DNA of 16,350 bases, from IMG/VR virus record IMGVR_UViG_3300002026_000032, positions 1-16,350 of that record; one strand, written 5' to 3'. The notes beneath the pieces were generated by a model. That model was not told the DNA's origin. It worked only from the letters and a program-made list of their open reading frames with translations, and did no database searches. This stretch comes from a virus (taxonomy: Duplodnaviria; Heunggongvirae; Uroviricota; Caudoviricetes). Positions 15,014 to 16,350 of this stretch are shown here, one piece after another. A program made the position numbers and the translations under genes. Every line of letters begins with the position of its first letter. Position 1 is the stretch's first letter.

Positions 15014-15814
15014 TCACTTTGTTACAGGTTTCCACAGACGATCAATTGTTACAGCCCTGCGAGCTATCGGATCTGATTTACGAGCAATCACAGGTTTCAT
15101 TTGAGCAACCCAATTTGAAACACTGGTGATCTTCCAATCGATCTTACCACGGCTGCTATGAACTATGGCACCAACGGCTGGGATCATCAGTTCCTTAACT
15201 TTCTTGTGGGTCATTATCGGACCTTCACCACTCACACATTCAAATATCGAACTCCCATCTTCATTGAGTATTAGTTGATACATTGTGCCACGCTTCTTAT
15301 GTAGCCAATAGGATCCGATAGGAAACTCACCAGATGAAGTCATATGCATTTTTATGACCGTGGTTATCTTGTTTATTTTTCCGAGTGAATCAATTTCATC
15401 TCTGACGAACTCGAATGGTTCGATCGTTGATGATTCATCATATACCGGTTTGACCGATCGTTCATAATCCCATCCAATTCTGTTATACAGAACTCTCATA
15501 TCATCCGCTTCAATGGTTGATGTCTGGGCTAATGCCTCCTTCCACCAGTTTGACCCTAACGCCCATTCATCGCCATTGATCGTCACACCTGAGAATCGAA
15601 CGCAGAATCGATTATACCACTGCATGAGATCTCGACATTCTGATGGAGTTAGATCTTCAAACCGGTTGAACATCTTATAGCTGAGGATTATGGTATCCCG
15701 AATCAGATCGAACTGGCGGGTGGCTGGAGTTAAAGGATTTCTAAACTCCCGATGATAACGCTCAAGCAATTCACTCAGAGCATTCTTCATTTTCTTGTAA
15801 TTTATATTTGACAT
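15014..15814 (-). CDS. Hypothetical protein (266 aa)
   Basis: AAGGAG-N5-ATG. Helical N-half; the C-half has two short beta-rich segments (GSYWLHKKRGTMYQL and VGAIVHSSRGKIDWKITSV). Confidence 0.75.
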   Translation of the reverse strand: MSNINYKKMKNALSELLERYHREFRNPLTPATRQFDLIRDTIILSYKMFNRFEDLTPSECRDLMQWYNRFCVRFSGVTINGDEWALGSNWWKEALAQTSTIEADDMRVLYNRIGWDYERSVKPVYDESSTIEPFEFVRDEIDSLGKINKITTVIKMHMTSSGEFPIGSYWLHKKRGTMYQLILNEDGSSIFECVSGEGPIMTHKKVKELMIPAVGAIVHSSRGKIDWKITSVSNWVAQMKPVIARKSDPIARRAVTIDRLWKPVTK

Positions 15815-15823
15815 GATAACTCC

Positions 15824-16350
15824 TTACAGTATAACCTTTTGTCTGACCGAACCATAATCAATCTGAGCATTCTGCTTTTTAAGAAGATATCTGAGTCTGG
15901 GTACATATGATTCCCGGCAGATGTAAGTCGATCCCAATTTGACATACATGACACCTTCAAGTTTGAAGTCGTTAACCACGACCTCATTTTCCACACCTTG
16001 TTTTTCACAGGTTGATTCCAGTGGGAGAAAGTCGACTAACAGATCAAGTTCGGAATCATTCAAAGGTGTACCATCTTCATAGTGATACACCGAGTCCGAA
16101 ATACATCCCTTGTTGAACTTATAAGTTCTGATGTAAAATTGTTTCTCATCCTTATCCGACTGGAGAATCACTTTAGATCCATCATAAAAATGACGACCTC
16201 TTGGTGCTTCTGATTTGAAGTCTGCCGTAACGCCTTCTTTGAGTCGACGGTTGTTAACCATGGATTCATAACTGTAATTACCGAATCCATACCCAGATCT
16301 GGTTGATGTTTTGAATATTGTTCGACCCTTAAACATATCATCGAAGGTGA
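15824..16350 (-). CDS. Phage hypothetical protein, 5' end probably outside the window
   Basis: The frame stays open from ATG16336 to the window edge (..TFDDMFKGR). The MVNN..KEG..F / FLP..Q..EV..KLE pattern looks like a recurring phage family, not named with confidence. Confidence 0.7.
   Translation of the reverse strand, partial: TFDDMFKGRTIFKTSTRSGYGFGNYSYESMVNNRRLKEGVTADFKSEAPRGRHFYDGSKVILQSDKDEKQFYIRTYKFNKGCISDSVYHYEDGTPLNDSELDLLVDFLPLESTCEKQGVENEVVVNDFKLEGVMYVKLGSTYICRESYVPRLRYLLKKQNAQIDYGSVRQKVIL

Larger units (their letters stand above)
1..16350. mobile_element. Segment of a large tailed bacteriophage genome (T4-like/jumbo)
   Basis: Dense coding with overlapping start/stop codons, mostly orphan ORFs, a TATAAATA motif, phage-typical families (Hsp20, FmdB zinc ribbon, GP88-like, stand-alone AAA+ ATPase, sigma factor) and no housekeeping genes. 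No hallmark capsid, terminase or portal gene lies in the window. Confidence 0.85.

Noticed and set aside
9814-16008. Short alternate ORFs in the - block (e.g. 13667-14014, 11618-11854, 15802-16008, 13489-13716)
   Set aside because: They overlap genes with clear SDs and motifs; no independent support.
1-16350. Stop-codon reassignment as in some megaphages
   Set aside because: Genes tile completely under code 11, and TAA, TAG and TGA all serve as real stops followed by SD-led starts.
1-16350. tRNA, rRNA, CRISPR array, intron or insertion sequence
   Set aside because: Intergenic gaps are all under about 65 nt, and no repeat-spacer, cloverleaf, transposase or homing endonuclease motif was seen.

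Overview
This window looks like a segment of a large lytic tailed phage genome (T4-like or jumbo type; inference). It is densely coding and AT-rich, uses the standard genetic code and clear Shine-Dalgarno (SD) sites, and has no bacterial housekeeping genes. It has two convergent blocks. The + strand block (1-9455) starts at a T4-type late promoter motif (TATAAATA). It encodes a ~2200-aa orphan protein (probably virion-internal), a membrane protein, an FmdB-type zinc ribbon, a twin zinc-finger protein, an Hsp20 chaperone and a 478-aa divergent sigma-70-family factor with extra N- and C-terminal domains. The - strand block (16350-9520) is a run of mostly small accessory genes. These include a minimal P-loop protein, a GP88-like Cys-rich protein behind a sigma-70 promoter with a (CATCA)3 spacer, a spanin-like membrane protein, an AAA+ ATPase and a Thr-rich, probably structural protein. 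The blocks meet at a hairpin terminator (9459-9489). The most interesting lead is the apparent late operon pairing the giant protein with the sigma-like factor. Both carry T4-style (L/I)-x-E motifs near their ends, so the virion may deliver a transcription-takeover module. All family calls come from motif recognition by eye; no database searches were run.
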